A DNA stretch of 64,000 nt, taken from contig MU053652.1 of NCBI GenBank assembly GCA_013239625.1, positions 9,092,507 through 9,156,506 on the forward strand, given 5' to 3'. This DNA is from Lama guanicoe. Lineage: Eukaryota. Under the pieces are notes generated by a model. That model searched no databases, was not told the origin of the DNA, and saw only the letters and a program-made list of their open reading frames with translations. Of the stretch, positions 39,483 through 51,454 are shown one piece after another (the stretch's first letter is position 1; every line of letters begins with the position of its first letter). The position numbers were made by a program, and so were the translations under genes.

Positions 39483-40322
39483 AACATGTTAATTTTTGTT
39501 CTAATCAGGTAGGATACTATTCCACTGCTATGTTGTTTACATTAAAATCCTATTTGCATTCTTAATTTTATAAATTTTGATCAATCAGATATTCTAGAGA
39601 ACAGTGAATCTTCCTATATATCCTATATGATTCACCAGTTTCCGAATTAGAGTGAAACTTTTAAACCATCTAAAATGTGATTTCATTTTTTTTTCTTATT
39701 GAGAAGGTACCCTGAATCTCACAGGCCATACTCCTCATTATTAGCATCTTTTAGTATTTCACTGGAGCTGTACAATAGTTTGTGAACTGTGCTATAATTA
39801 CAGAAATAATTATTAACAGAGAATTCAGATGGGTGCCTTGCTGATAACCAGGAGTTTAGTAAAACAGCCCTAGTTCACAGCACTGCACGCTTTCCAGCAG
39901 TTCACTCGTTAGCTCGCTGTACATTGGGAGAGAGAAGTGAGCTCGTCTTGATTGGTGCTATTTTTCCTATTTTACTTAGAAGAATACAAGGTGAGAATTA
40001 GGATTAATGAAAACTTTTTTTTTCTCTGTTTATTCTCAACTTAAGTTCTATCAGCAACTGCTTTGGAATACAAGGAAAATCTCTGACTTCCTGCACGTGT
40101 AGAAGTCAGGAGCGGTGGAGTTTAGTGACGACTAATTGTTAAGGTTCTATAAGATTTTGAAAATAAAATTGACAAGTAAGGTAAAATTTATTATTTGGGT
40201 AATCTGTCTCCATTTATAAGAAATCAGATTCCTTCTTCTGAGTTCTAGGAAAGATCCTTCAATTAGCATATATTGAACGTGTGCTTAAGATGAAAAGTTT
40301 GTCATTTAAACTACGTCCATAC

Positions 40323-40469
40323 CTGTGTAGCTTCCAAGATGAAATCTTGCATTATAAGTTTTTCTTCATTAGACAGACATTTGTGTTCTTCAGCCATAAG
40401 AGTGACCTTAAAACTCTCACAGTTTATAGGCTCATCTTTATTTGGCCAGTAAACAAATTCGTCTTCTGC
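40323..40469 (-). CDS. PTPRZ1: PTPRZ1 coding exon (approx. exon 27)
   Basis: ctccag|GCA GAA GAC...ACA CAG|gtatgg; 147 nt; [49 protein letters not shown]. Confidence 0.96.
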
Positions 40470-41229
40470 CTGGAGGATTAAAAACCAAAGAAGATTCTAG
40501 ATTTTAAAAAAACATCTTTAAGTCAGACTGCTAACTGAAGTTAACTGGTCACCATAGAAAATTCAACTCAAATTTTTAGTTGAATCTCAAAATTTACTCT
40601 TAAAATCTTGATTCTTAAAACAGATTGATGTGCAGAATAAAATATTAAACTTAAGAAACCAAATTGGTGCTTTGTTATGTTGCTTTCTTAGCACATCAGT
40701 AACAAAGGTAAGTTGTTGCTTCTATAATTGATAACTCAGCAGAGAAGAGTCAAGTGATTTTAGGAGCTCAGCAATTTTCAGTGCTGCTTGGAATGGTCAG
40801 TATGACTTCATAAACAAGAAATGAATCTCAAAGTTAAGTTTATATGCAAACCCTAAATGAAATAGATGTTTTAAAAAAATTCTACAGATCTCCCAAAACT
40901 TAGGGAATCTCCAAGTATCTTAACAAGTTTTATTTGAAAAAAATGTAAATAGAAGCATATGGGCTGACTTCATTCATGACTGCAATTCTAATTTTCATAA
41001 GCAGACTCATAAATATTTAAGTTAATTTTAACCTACTTTTATTTAAAACTATTGTTCAACAATTTCAGACTTGGGAGACTGCATTTAAACAAGGCCCAGT
41101 AGTAGACAAGGTGTAACTTCAATGACAGTTTATTAGTTTAGAAAAATACACTGTATGGTGGACATCTGGTGGTTGTGCCTTGACATTTCCCCTGAAAAGA
41201 AAGCACCTAAAGTGACCCGAGGGACTCAC

Positions 41230-41358
41230 CATATTTTGACCATCCGGAAGCATAATGACCAGCTGGGCGTTATGGTCCCATATCATCCTCCAGAAATCCT
41301 TGATGGTATGGAGAAGGGGATGCTGGGTGACGATGAATTCATTGCTCTGGTAATAACC
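41230..41358 (-). CDS. PTPRZ1: PTPRZ1 coding exon (approx. exon 26)
   Basis: ttgtag|GGT TAT TAC...AAT ATG|gtgagt; 129 nt; [43 protein letters not shown]. Confidence 0.96.
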
Positions 41359-41494
41359 CTACAAAACCAAGAAGATAGAAAGAGCCCTGGCATATGACTT
41401 GAAATATTCAGAAAACATTTATAGGTTAATGGACCTGAAGTCAAGTCAGGCTTTTTTAAGATTGTGTCTCTAAATAATAATGTGATTCTTATTG

Positions 41495-41670
41495 CCAATG
41501 CTATGGGCATTTCCCACGTGCCAGGCATAGCACCAAGCGTTTTCTTCCCTTTACGCCATTCATTCCTCACCGCAGTACTATGAGAAAGGTAATGTGATCC
41601 CCATTTTACAGATGATTAAACTGAGGCTTAAAAAGTTAAGTGTTGTGCCCAAGCTTACACAACTCTCACA
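41495..41670 (-). mobile_element. MIR
   Basis: CCCCATTTTACAGATGATTAAACTGAGGCTTAAAAAGTTAAGTG...TGCCCAAG is the MIR core. Confidence 0.8.
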
Positions 41671-42708
41671 TCTAGAAGGAGACTTACTAAAATGGCTTGT
41701 GGACAATGTCTCCTACATTAGGTAGAGAGGAAATCTAGAGATTTTCTCTTTCTTCCTTTTCACAAGTCCCAGTGGCAGGGTGCCAAGTTTCACAGCTACT
41801 GGTAGCATGATACCTTCACACCCTGGCTCCAGCACAGGAGAGGAACCAGGGAGGTACTTTGCAGATTTTGCCGCAATAACCTGGAAGCTGGTGCCAATGA
41901 ACGAATCATGATTTCTACATTGCTGCTTACTAAAATCATGGCTCAGTTAGCCCCTTCTGCAACAGGGTCTCTCAGATCCCGTTCCCATCCCCCATGGGCT
42001 CATTTGGAGTGTGGCATGTTTCTAGATGCCACCATCACACATCCCCCTGTTCCTGCATGGATATTCCTCTGTACTTTCTTTTCTGGATAAACAAAACAAT
42101 GGTTTTGGCATGGCAATCAGGACCCTCTCAACTGAAGTCAAGCTCTGTGACTGACTGACCTGAAATAGAGTTGGTCACACAATCGCTACTAAAGCCCTTA
42201 CCCCTCTGACAGCAGATCTAAATGCAGACGGAAAGGATTGTATCTTGTATTCTATCTTTAGAAATCCAAGTCCCCAGATGAGCCTAGTTTGCAGGGGGAG
42301 AATCGTACCACAAACCTGGCGCCACCAGGTCGGTGAGACTGGGCTTGGCTAAAGCTGGCGTGTCCTGGGTCTGCAGGGAATCTGCTTTGGTAAATGAGAC
42401 GGAGCCTCTTAGGCGGGTGAGTGGATGTTTTGTATTGGCTTATCAGTTCTGAATGATGGATGTGGTTCCTACATCTCCTCATTTCCCTTGATTGAGGGTT
42501 CTCCAGTTCCACACCCATAAAACATCAAGGAATGCTGTGATTCTACTGCTGCTGTGGGCTGTGACCTGCAATTACCAGATGTGACTTCTGTCCACCAGGG
42601 GTGCTGCCCCCACCCCGCACCTGCCAGTCACTGCTTCGGGCAGTCCACCCTGGTTGTGGTTCTGGTAAAACAAGCCGGCGGGCAGTCTCCCCCGTGACCC
42701 TGACTTAC

Positions 42709-42782
42709 CATGATGTAGGAGGCGTTGATGTAGTCTGTGCCTTCCCCACTCAGGGATGAAATGCCAACCCTGGATCTTTCCA
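42709..42782 (-). CDS. PTPRZ1: PTPRZ1 coding exon (approx. exon 25)
   Basis: ttccag|TG GAA AGA...ATC ATG|gtaagt; 74 nt; (V)[24 protein letters not shown]. Confidence 0.95.
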
Positions 42783-43089
42783 CTGGAACACAGAACATTC
42801 ATCACAAACCACCAAGCTCAGTGCTGTACCGCTCCCCGCCCCCAACCCCCAACAGCAGAACAGCTGCATTGTTCAACTTGACTGTCTTTGACTTTTAAGC
42901 TAATTTTGTGCTTTTAGACGAGACTTCAGGATTTAAGAATCCTTGTTAACAGTTACATTATCCGGCATGATTAGAAAAATATGAGAGCATTGTTTTTGTT
43001 CCAAGATGTACAAATATTGTCAAATTACCTACAAGGCTTCTATTATTTAAAACGTTTTTTTTTCCCCCCCAAGATTCAACATAGCTTAC

Positions 43090-43183
43090 CAGGGATGATG
43101 GAAGAAGTTCTGTTCTTTTCCCTGTTGCATTGCTTTAGGGCTGTGGAATAGTCACTTTGCTGTATATTTGACTGACTCAGAAG
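43090..43183 (-). CDS. PTPRZ1: PTPRZ1 coding exon (approx. exon 24), D2
   Basis: tctcag|CTT CTG AGT...CCT G|gtaagc; 94 nt; [31 protein letters not shown](V). Confidence 0.95.
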
Positions 43184-43569
43184 CTGAGAAAGGATGTCAG
43201 GGAAAAAACACAGTCTTTCATTTAAGTCACTCAAATACTCAAACACACACACACTCACACACACTCATGTACATATGCAATCCAACAAAGTTGAAATACT
43301 GAATATAAATATATGAGTTGTTTCCCAAGAATTCCTTGAGTTACACTTGTTTTAGGGGACTTCTTGGCACATCTGTGTTCTATACAAGGGGGTTGGAAAA
43401 GGAAGAGACCACATGATGTCTAGCTGACTGTTAGCACTGGGAAGCTCTCCTCAGGGCTTTCTTACAGGTGTGCACCCTCTGCTTTCTCTACCTGAATCTT
43501 CCAGGGCAGTTGGGAGATAAATTGCATGGTATGTGTCTGCGTGAGTGTGTAAACATGAATAAGCAGACA

Positions 43570-44460
43570 GCTGGATTTTATTCATTTAGTACTCCATCAC
43601 ATGAATAGTCCACTTGCTATTTATCTAATCCCCAGTTAGTGAATGTTTGGGCTACTTCCAATGTTCGCTATTTCAGACTCTGTAGCGATGAATACCCCTT
43701 GTGTAATTCTCAGTGCGCATACATGTGAGGGTTTCTGGAGACAATCAGGAGTCACTGGTGTTTGATATTTGACAGGCTAACAGATGAAAAATGGTACATC
43801 ACGGTTTTGATTTGCATCTCCTCAATTATTGTGTGACTGTGAATTTTAGTTATTTCTACTTTGATGATTGCCTTTTCGTATTTCTACTTCGCTGTCATTT
43901 ATTAATTTGTAGGGGGTTTTGATGTCTTAAATGTACATCTACAGTCTAAGAAAGTTGCAAACATCTTTGCTCTCTGTAATCACTCAGATGTTTACAGACA
44001 ATTTATTAAGCTTTTCCTTAAGATTTCTGTGAATTACATTTTTTACGTAAGAAGTCCTTCTCTACCTTGAATTCTCAAAAGATATTTTCCAGTATTTTCT
44101 GTAACAGTTATAAGACTTTGTTTTCATCTTTAGATATTTAATCCATCTGGAATAATTTTACTGTTTGAGGTGTGGAAGGGACCTAATTGTACTTGTTTCC
44201 ACATGGAAATTGTCCCAGCATCATTTACTGAATATTCTGTTCTTTCTTCACCAATTTGTAATGTTAAGTCTGTCATATAACAACTTTCACAGGCACGTGG
44301 TGCCTCTGGCTAATTTGTTTTTCAATAGCAATTATTATATTTGCACAAAAAGTCTTTCATACATAACACAACAAATTTCTATTCCTTATTTTTCAGTATC
44401 TCTTGGGATATTTTTAGTTCTTTACTTTTCAATGTTAATTTTAAAATCAATAACACACAC
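43570..44460 (-). mobile_element. Old L1M fragment
   Basis: GGTTTTGATTTGCATCTC, TTTAATCCATCTGGAAT, TGTCCCAGCATCATTTACTGAA. Confidence 0.65.
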
Positions 44461-45934
44461 AAAATCCTGGCCTGATGTAGTTTTCTGATAAATATTTGTT
44501 GAATAAATAGACATGCAATTCATTTCAAGGACATTTTTCTATAGGTAAACTTGAAAAATACCTTTTCTTATTGGACAGTGTACACACCCCGTACACACTT
44601 CCCTAAATTTCCCTGGTTATGATGGTAACAGGAAACAGAATCAAATGTCTCTCTTTATAATTGGATACTGATCTGATAATTGACATTTCCATTTTGATCC
44701 TGAATTATCCAATATAAGTGATATCAATTCTTTTACGTAAATGTGTGTGTGTGTGGGGGGAAGTCATATTTAAATGGGAATTCTGTGGAAAATGGGTAAT
44801 ACATGTAAATTTTTTCAACTTAGAGAAAAACTGTACTTTGCAACCTAATGTCAGTGCTTTATATTTCTTTATTATCTGTTTCTGGATGCTGTACTGTGCA
44901 CTTTTTCTTTCCTTACAGTGTTTCTTTATGACTCAAGTAAGCTTGGCTGAATATAGTAGTTACATCTTCCTGTCAGCAGGTTTTCTAAGTCCAGCATCCA
45001 CCCTTAATCTGTCTCTTACTCCTAACGAAAGCACAGAAGGTGCTGACTGAGAAGGCAGAAAGTCAGAGGGAATTCATAATGACTAAATCTTCTAGGTTGT
45101 AAGTCAGGGGAAAGAGAGAGGAAAAAACTGCAGTCTCAAAGTTTGCTGACTCTCCTGGGCTTTTCCAGGGCCTTCCAAGTTCCTCCTAGACAGTCCTTCT
45201 TTGGAAACCGGCCCTGTTTCTCTAGCAACCCTGGGAAGTAAGAGGTTAGCACAGGGACAGTGGGGAACAAAATAACACGCCTCCATTCCTCTGGACGGCC
45301 ACAGCCCTTCAAGTCCCCCATCCCAGCTGGCGGGGCTGATGACAAGTGCCTTCTGAATTCTCTGCTGACTGATTTCTGGAAGTCGGAGGGCCAGGCTGGG
45401 GGAGGTGGAATATGGAACAAAGCACGCCCACCTGCCCCCTCTAGCTGACTGCCTCGTGACAGGGTGAGTGGGAGAAGTCGGGGTGGAAGAAGCTATTTGT
45501 GCGGTGTGGCCTGTTCCCGCCCAGGGGCTTAACTGAGACAGCCTCTTCCCAAGAGCAGCGGGAACAGCCCGGGCTGCAGCACTCACGGCTGAGTGGTCTG
45601 GTTTTCTCAAAGCAGTAAGAGCACTTGTCCTGTCTGAGTCAGAGGTTCTGCCTGTTCGTTCTGCTCTGCCCCGGGCCCTCCTGTTCTGGACCACGTCTGT
45701 GTTTCTGAAAGTCAGTCTAGGGTTTCTGAGCACTTTCCCTCCTGCTGCTCAAAATTAGGGTGTTCCTTGAAGTTCACCAAGTGGCTCTGTTGCCTGTTGT
45801 CAAGAACAGCGTGAAGCCACTTGCCTACAGAGCCCTCAGCCTGTCTGTGTGGCCTCGTCCACTCAGACGGGGAGACACAGGGACATGCCATTCTGTTGGT
45901 GACACCCCAGAAAGGGGCTTCCGAGAAAACTCAC

Positions 45935-46081
45935 CTTGAATTGTTTTTCTAGCTTTGTTTTGCCGGACGGCCCGGGAATGAGGAGCGCGTTCACGTAGGC
46001 GTGGATGTGGCTGTCGGGTACCTCGGTCTCTTTACTCAGGATGGCCTCCACCAGCGCGTCATGAATGAAGACGTACTGTTC
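45935..46081 (-). CDS. PTPRZ1: PTPRZ1 coding exon (approx. exon 23)
   Basis: tgccag|GAA CAG TAC...TTC AAG|gtgagt; 147 nt; [49 protein letters not shown]. Confidence 0.96.
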
Positions 46082-46958
46082 CTGGCAAAACAATGACAAA
46101 GAGGAATATTACTTCAGGTTTTCCTTATATGTATCCAGGTACAAAAGTATCTTCCAGTGACGGATAGAAAGACTTTTACAAAATGGTGGTGGTAAACACA
46201 AAACCTGGCAGGATGTCAGATGGAAGAAAGGAGGTCGTCAAGAGAGAACACAACTCTTTCCACACCTCACTTGTCTACTTCTAGTGTATCGGTGTTTCTG
46301 GAAGGAGGCTACCAGAAGATTCTGGCAGCAAAGCAATGCCCTCGCTGCCTGTCCTTCAACCCTGAGACCCTCTTCCCCATTGTGCGCTGACTCCTGTACT
46401 TCTGATGGGCCCTCTCTTCTGTCCCTCCCAATTCTCTCCTTTAGCCGGTCATATGTAACTTAGAACAGTTCCCTACACTGGTTTTAATAGTTACCTTCTT
46501 TTCCATGTTGGGGGCTCTTCCCTGGCCTTATCTGACTGCAATGTCATTTCCCCGATGGAATGAAGTTCGCTTGGTTTGAAGCCCACTCGGTCATATGTTT
46601 CTTATTGCTTTTAAGCTGCCATCCTTCGTTTTCAATTTATATCCGATTTTATTTAGAAACAGTGAAAATAAAATACAGATACACAGACTTTGTCCTGTGT
46701 CATCGATGGGTAAATGATATTGGTCTAAAAAGGGATATACCTGGAGCATAATTCACACTTTTTAAATGTGAAAATAAAGCCATTGATTCACTATATGCAG
46801 AAAAACTTGAGGGTGCTGCCGGGGGGATGAGTGTTAACTGATCCACTTACTCTTTCTGAACCTTCTCTGCGACCAATGTCATTTCAAAGATAGTTTCCAA
46901 TTTGATCACAAAATAGACAAAATGTAACTGGATGCATGGCTTATACACAATTACCTGG

Positions 46959-47376
46959 TGTTACAGGTTGAATTGTGTTCCCCAGAAAGATACGCGGAAG
47001 CCCTAAACCCCTGGTACCTTAGAATGTGACCTTATTTGTAAATAGAGTCATTGCAGAGGTAATTAAGTTAAGATGAGACAGTGACTGGTGTCCTTATAAG
47101 AAGAGGGAAATTGGGACACAGACATGGATACAGAGGAGAGACGGCGTGTGAAGCCGGAGGCAGAGACTGGAGTTACGTGCTACATGTAAGGAAACATGGG
47201 GCTATCGGAAACGTGAAGAGACAAGGGAGGATCCCTCCCTATCGGTTTGGGAGGGAGCATGGCCCTGCCGACACCTTGCAGAACTCTGAGGCAATGTATT
47301 TCTGCTGTTTCAAGCCACCTAGCTTGTACCACTTTATTCCAGGGCGCCCCATGAGACTAAGGCACCGGCTAATACA
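46959..47376 (+). mobile_element. MLT1 (MaLR) solo LTR
   Basis: TGTTACAGGTTGAATTGTGT...GAATGTGACCTTATTTG...GACTGGTGTCCTTATAAGAAGAGG...GGAGCATGGCCCTGCCGACACCTTG...CTAATACA. Confidence 0.85.
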
Positions 47377-47448
47377 AACGCTGGTCTAGCCAGCATTTTA
47401 GAGACATTTCCAACCCGCAGATAAATGAAATCACCCTTTTCATCATAC

Positions 47449-47584
47449 CTCAGTTTGCACCAAGTAATTTCTTTGTGAACGAATGTGTTTTAAAAAGCCG
47501 AAAACGTTGACAGTTCCTTCGTGTTGAATTTGCTGCAACATACTGTCCAGCACGATGTACGTGCCCGTTCTTCCAACCCCAGCG
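47449..47584 (-). CDS. PTPRZ1: PTPRZ1 coding exon (approx. exon 22)
   Basis: cttcag|C GCT GGG GTT...ACT GAG|gtatga; 136 nt; (S)[45 protein letters not shown]; completes [11 protein letters not shown]. Confidence 0.97.
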
Positions 47585-49232
47585 CTGAAGAGCACAAAGG
47601 CAAGAGCAATTACAATGTCAAGTATAAAATACGTTTGACGACAAGTCACTGCCGGCTGTCTTGGAAATTAAAATAAAAATTGCCGCCCCCAAGCAAATGA
47701 GCCACTTTAAGAAATAATCTAGCAGTCCCAAATGGTAAGCGTTTGGGAAGTGAAGCATAATGCTTCAAACAACAAATAAAAAGTTGTTTTTTTTTTCTTT
47801 TTGGCTCACAGGTCAAACTACAAAACAACCTGACTATTTCTGTTGGAGATTTTTTGTTTTCAATAATTATAGTTATTACTCATTATATATTATAGAACGA
47901 AAATATTAGGCATCAGAGCATAGCAAACAGACATATAATTGGAGAAAAATAAAAGCATCAACTCCACCAAACTCTGAAAAGAAAAGGTCTCTGGGTCCGT
48001 GTTGCCAGGTAAACACGTTTGTAAAGGTTTCCGCATTAATGGAAATAAAAAGAGTTGGCGAAGGCCTTCAGCTGAAAATACCATTTCAGTGAGATGGTGA
48101 GGAATAAAGCATAACTTCAGTCATTTCTAAAGGGCCATTATCTATGGACTTCTTCAAAGCCTCCTCTACTGGAGGGACAGAATTCATAGACAGGATTCTT
48201 TTCAAATGCTCTGACAAGTAGGCAGTGCTACAGTGGAAAATTAGCACCTGCTCCACACAATGCTCGGGTCCTTCTCCATTTGCTAAGAAACAATCCCTGA
48301 CCTTCAGAGCTATTTTTCTTGTATCTTCCTGTTTCCCTCAGCTGATCGTCAGGCTAACAGATAAAAACAAACTCCAGATAGGTCTCTCAAACTTGGAGGA
48401 TAACTCCTGAGACAGGTAATTAGAATGTGTCGGATATGCTGCATATCAAAGGGAAACACTTGTTTCTGTAAAAACACAGACATGGCTTTGACGAAAATAC
48501 GACACGGAGAAATGAATTTGATTTGTGTGGTCGTAACGCTTGGCAGAGAGTCAGCACTCAGTGAACATTAACTGCTATCTTTATTTTCACTGAAAAATAT
48601 TCCCCTCAAACCTCTAACACATTTCTTTTTCTCTTTCTTTGAAATAACATTATTTCTATTCATCATCCCAGGCTTGGAAATGAAACTACTTGGGCAATGA
48701 TGAATTGGTAACACATTCAAGAGGATACATTAGAAGGAACTCAGGAAAATGAGAAAGGGGTTTTGATCCCAAACTGTTTAAAAACAACTGAGAAGTGTCT
48801 TGATACATTCCCCACACTTTCTGGGCTTTGGTTTTTTGAATGTAAACCTGGAAGAACAGGTCTACAATAGACTACTAACTCTTAGCAATAGGGGCTGTGT
48901 CTCAAGCATTTTTATCCCACGACATTATGTTGTAATAAATGTTTGTTTAGTGACAAAACACTATGCCGCCTGCCTCACCCAGTTATTAAGTTGAAATCCA
49001 ATTTCAAATAGAATAATATACACCATTAAAAACACCTGGTGCTTTGACATATTCACCAATCAGATCCTGAGTCAGGCACCCTCACTTTCTCAGGGCCCCG
49101 TGGCCTCCTAGGACAACGGGCGCGTACTTTCATGAAATCCTTCCCCTTTTCGCAAAAGCTTTGTTCCTCTGACTCCCTTTTTCGTTGGCGTAAGCAATGC
49201 TCTGGGCGTAGGAGCCGGGCTCCGAGACGCAC

Positions 49233-49396
49233 CTGCAGTGGACAACGACAGGCCCCACGGCGTGGCGCTTGGCGTGGGACGCCTTCCTCACAAAGGTCAA
49301 CACAGGCAGCGAGTACTCGGGCACGCCCATGTCCGGCCACTGGGTGTAGTGGTACTGCGTGACCAGGCGCCCACTGGGTCTTCCTTTCTGGGACCC
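49233..49396 (-). CDS. PTPRZ1: PTPRZ1 coding exon (approx. exon 21), WPD loop and catalytic Cys
   Basis: ttccag|GGG TCC CAG...CAC TGC AG|gtgcgt; 164 nt; [54 protein letters not shown](S). Confidence 0.97.
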
Positions 49397-49465
49397 CTGG
49401 AAGAGACCGGACAGCTGATCAGCTGGAACACACATGTGTGAGCACGCACACCCACACCCACCCAC

Positions 49466-49468
<3 letters not shown>

Positions 49469-49503
<35 letters not shown>
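49469..49503. repeat. (CA)n microsatellite
   Basis: About 17 perfect CA units plus degenerate CA-rich flank. Confidence 0.95.
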
Positions 49504-49505
<2 letters not shown>

Positions 49506-49692
49506 TCCTGAAGCATCAAGGACTCATAGCTTGATGCTGACTGAGCACACTATGCACCATCACGTGAGTAGGTCTCAGCTAATCCGCTAATGGCCTTAGA
49601 GCAAAGGCTGAGGTTTCCCGAAGAAGGTATTCTCCTCAAGATTAAACCACGGAAACCTTGCCTGAATTTCCAGCCTGGAGTCTATTTCTTAA

Positions 49693-49776
49693 AAACAAAC
49701 AAACAAACAAACAAACAAACAAAACCACCTCTCTCTAAATATATGTATGTATGTATACATACATATATATATATAT
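49693..49776. repeat. (AAAC)n and (TA/TATG)n microsatellites
   Basis: Directly visible. Confidence 0.85.
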
Positions 49777-50132
49777 TTTTTTCTTTTTTGAGGAGCCCTG
49801 ACTCATAAATTCCTTTTCCTTTTCCTCCTCCTTTCAATCTTTACACATTTTAGCTGCATGTGCAGCGGTCACATGGGACAGGGACTTCTGCTCATGTATC
49901 ATTGCAACCACTGGCACCAAGACAAACATGGTGCCAAAGCCAGAGCTGGCATTTCTCCTATGGAGACTCGGGAGAAACCTTTGGGGTTAAGGTGTAGCTG
50001 TGATAAGAATTCTTAACAACTTGAATTATATATATTTTTATCCTGTTTTGGTTGTACCAGCCATTCACTTAAAAAAGGACAGATGTGTTACTCCATTAAT
50101 GATATCTGTCATTTGCAGACTCACCTCTTTTG

Positions 50133-50215
50133 CTATTTTAAATGGAGGTACTGGGGATTGAACCCAGGACCTTGTGCATCCTAAGCAGGTGCTCTACCAC
50201 TGAGCCATACCCTGC
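50133..50215 (-). mobile_element. tRNA-derived SINE (Vic-1-like) with target-site duplication
   Basis: Minus strand GGGTATGGCTCAGTGGTAGAGC...GGTTCAATCCCCAGTACCTCCA; A box and B box; short A-rich tail; flanked by CAAAAAGGTGAGT / CAAAAGAGGTGAGT; a homologous copy lies at 26257-26358. Confidence 0.85.
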
Positions 50216-50221
50216 ACTCAC

Positions 50222-50356
50222 CTTTTTGATCTTTGTGTTTCTTAGAGTGAAATTCCTCACAGTATAATAAGCAAGCGTTTGAACGCTTTTCTGCGTGACC
50301 AGAAAGTTCCCATATTCTTCACTCCCATCTGCAGGCCAGTACTGGTCGCACTTTCT
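50222..50356 (-). CDS. PTPRZ1: PTPRZ1 coding exon (approx. exon 20)
   Basis: ttgcag|AGA AAG TGC...AAA AAG|gtgagt; 135 nt; [45 protein letters not shown]. Confidence 0.96.
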
Positions 50357-50918
50357 CTGCAAGAGAGAAAGTAAAGGTGCTCTTTCCATATTTCAAATGC
50401 TCAGTGTAAGTCGTTCCTGAAATCAGCAAAGATCAGAGGCCACAATTCCCTCATTCTTCTAAACGTTTTCTTTCCTTTCTAGGTGACTGCAGGTTAGTGG
50501 TACAGGAGACCAGGGACAGAATCACAGAGCTGAAGAGACTTGAGATGCGTGGGTCCCACTTCCCCCTTTCACATGAGGAAAGCGAGGCCAGATGTCCTGA
50601 GTCACTACACAGGCAGGACTGGAATCCATCTCCCGTGAATAAAATCTACTTCACTCTATGTAGCTTTTCAGTGAGTCTCATTTATTTATTTTTTTCTCAC
50701 AGAACAAAGAATGTATTTAAAGAGCAGGTAGCTTGATTTATCGGGAAACCTTCGGACCTACAGTGTTCAGAGTTTCCCTGTAGCTGTCATACCTACTAGA
50801 CAGGAATGCAGAGCAGCTTTCCTGACTCCTGCTGCGTTCTCAGGCTGACTCTACTAAAAGCAGCTGAAAGCACTTCTAATCACTATTCTGGGGGAGACAC
50901 AATAGATTACCCACATAC

Positions 50919-51053
50919 CCTTCCTTTCTCCACAAGGTTTGTTATCATGACAATAACTTCCACGTTATGCTCCCATATCATTCTCCAGAAATCTTCGGCT
51001 GTGGATTTCAGTGGGCCTTGGGCGGCAATGTAAGCTTTTGGTCTGTTGTAGCC
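50919..51053 (-). CDS. PTPRZ1: PTPRZ1 coding exon (approx. exon 19)
   Basis: cttcag|GGC TAC AAC...GGA AGG|gtatgt; 135 nt; [45 protein letters not shown]. Confidence 0.97.
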
Positions 51054-51454
51054 CTGAAGAAACACATGACAAACGTTTCTTACTCGCAGATTTGTATGCC
51101 ATTTTAAACCGTTAAGGTTTTAAGATCAGCCTGTTTTTCTATGAAAGAAAATTATAAAAAAAAAAAAAACTTACACTCTGGGGAAGAATACTTGTGCTAG
51201 CACAGGCAGCAACTCCTCTTTAATATGACTTTTGTTGTAAAAGAAAAGAGTTCTTGTATTCACACAACCACTCTCTGCACCTCTAGTCCAAGTGCATTTA
51301 ATCCAAGCCCATTTACTTTGCTTAGTATCTGGCCCTTAACGGTGCTGCTTTGAAATGCGTTTGCGGCATTAGGACTCAGTTGTCTACACCAGTCAGGAAG
51401 CGTTTGGTGCTGTCTCCTCACCCTCTCCTTGGTGGTACTAAGTGATGCTCATCA

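Noticed and set aside
45104..45733. 209-aa minus-strand ORF in a PTPRZ1 intron
   Set aside because: No recognisable domain, GTG start, GC-rich intron; the flanking PTPRZ1 exons already join in frame.
50141..50215. Possible tRNA gene (A and B boxes, about 72 nt)
   Set aside because: It has an A-rich tail, a flanking TSD, imperfect stems and a diverged sibling at 26257, so it is a SINE.
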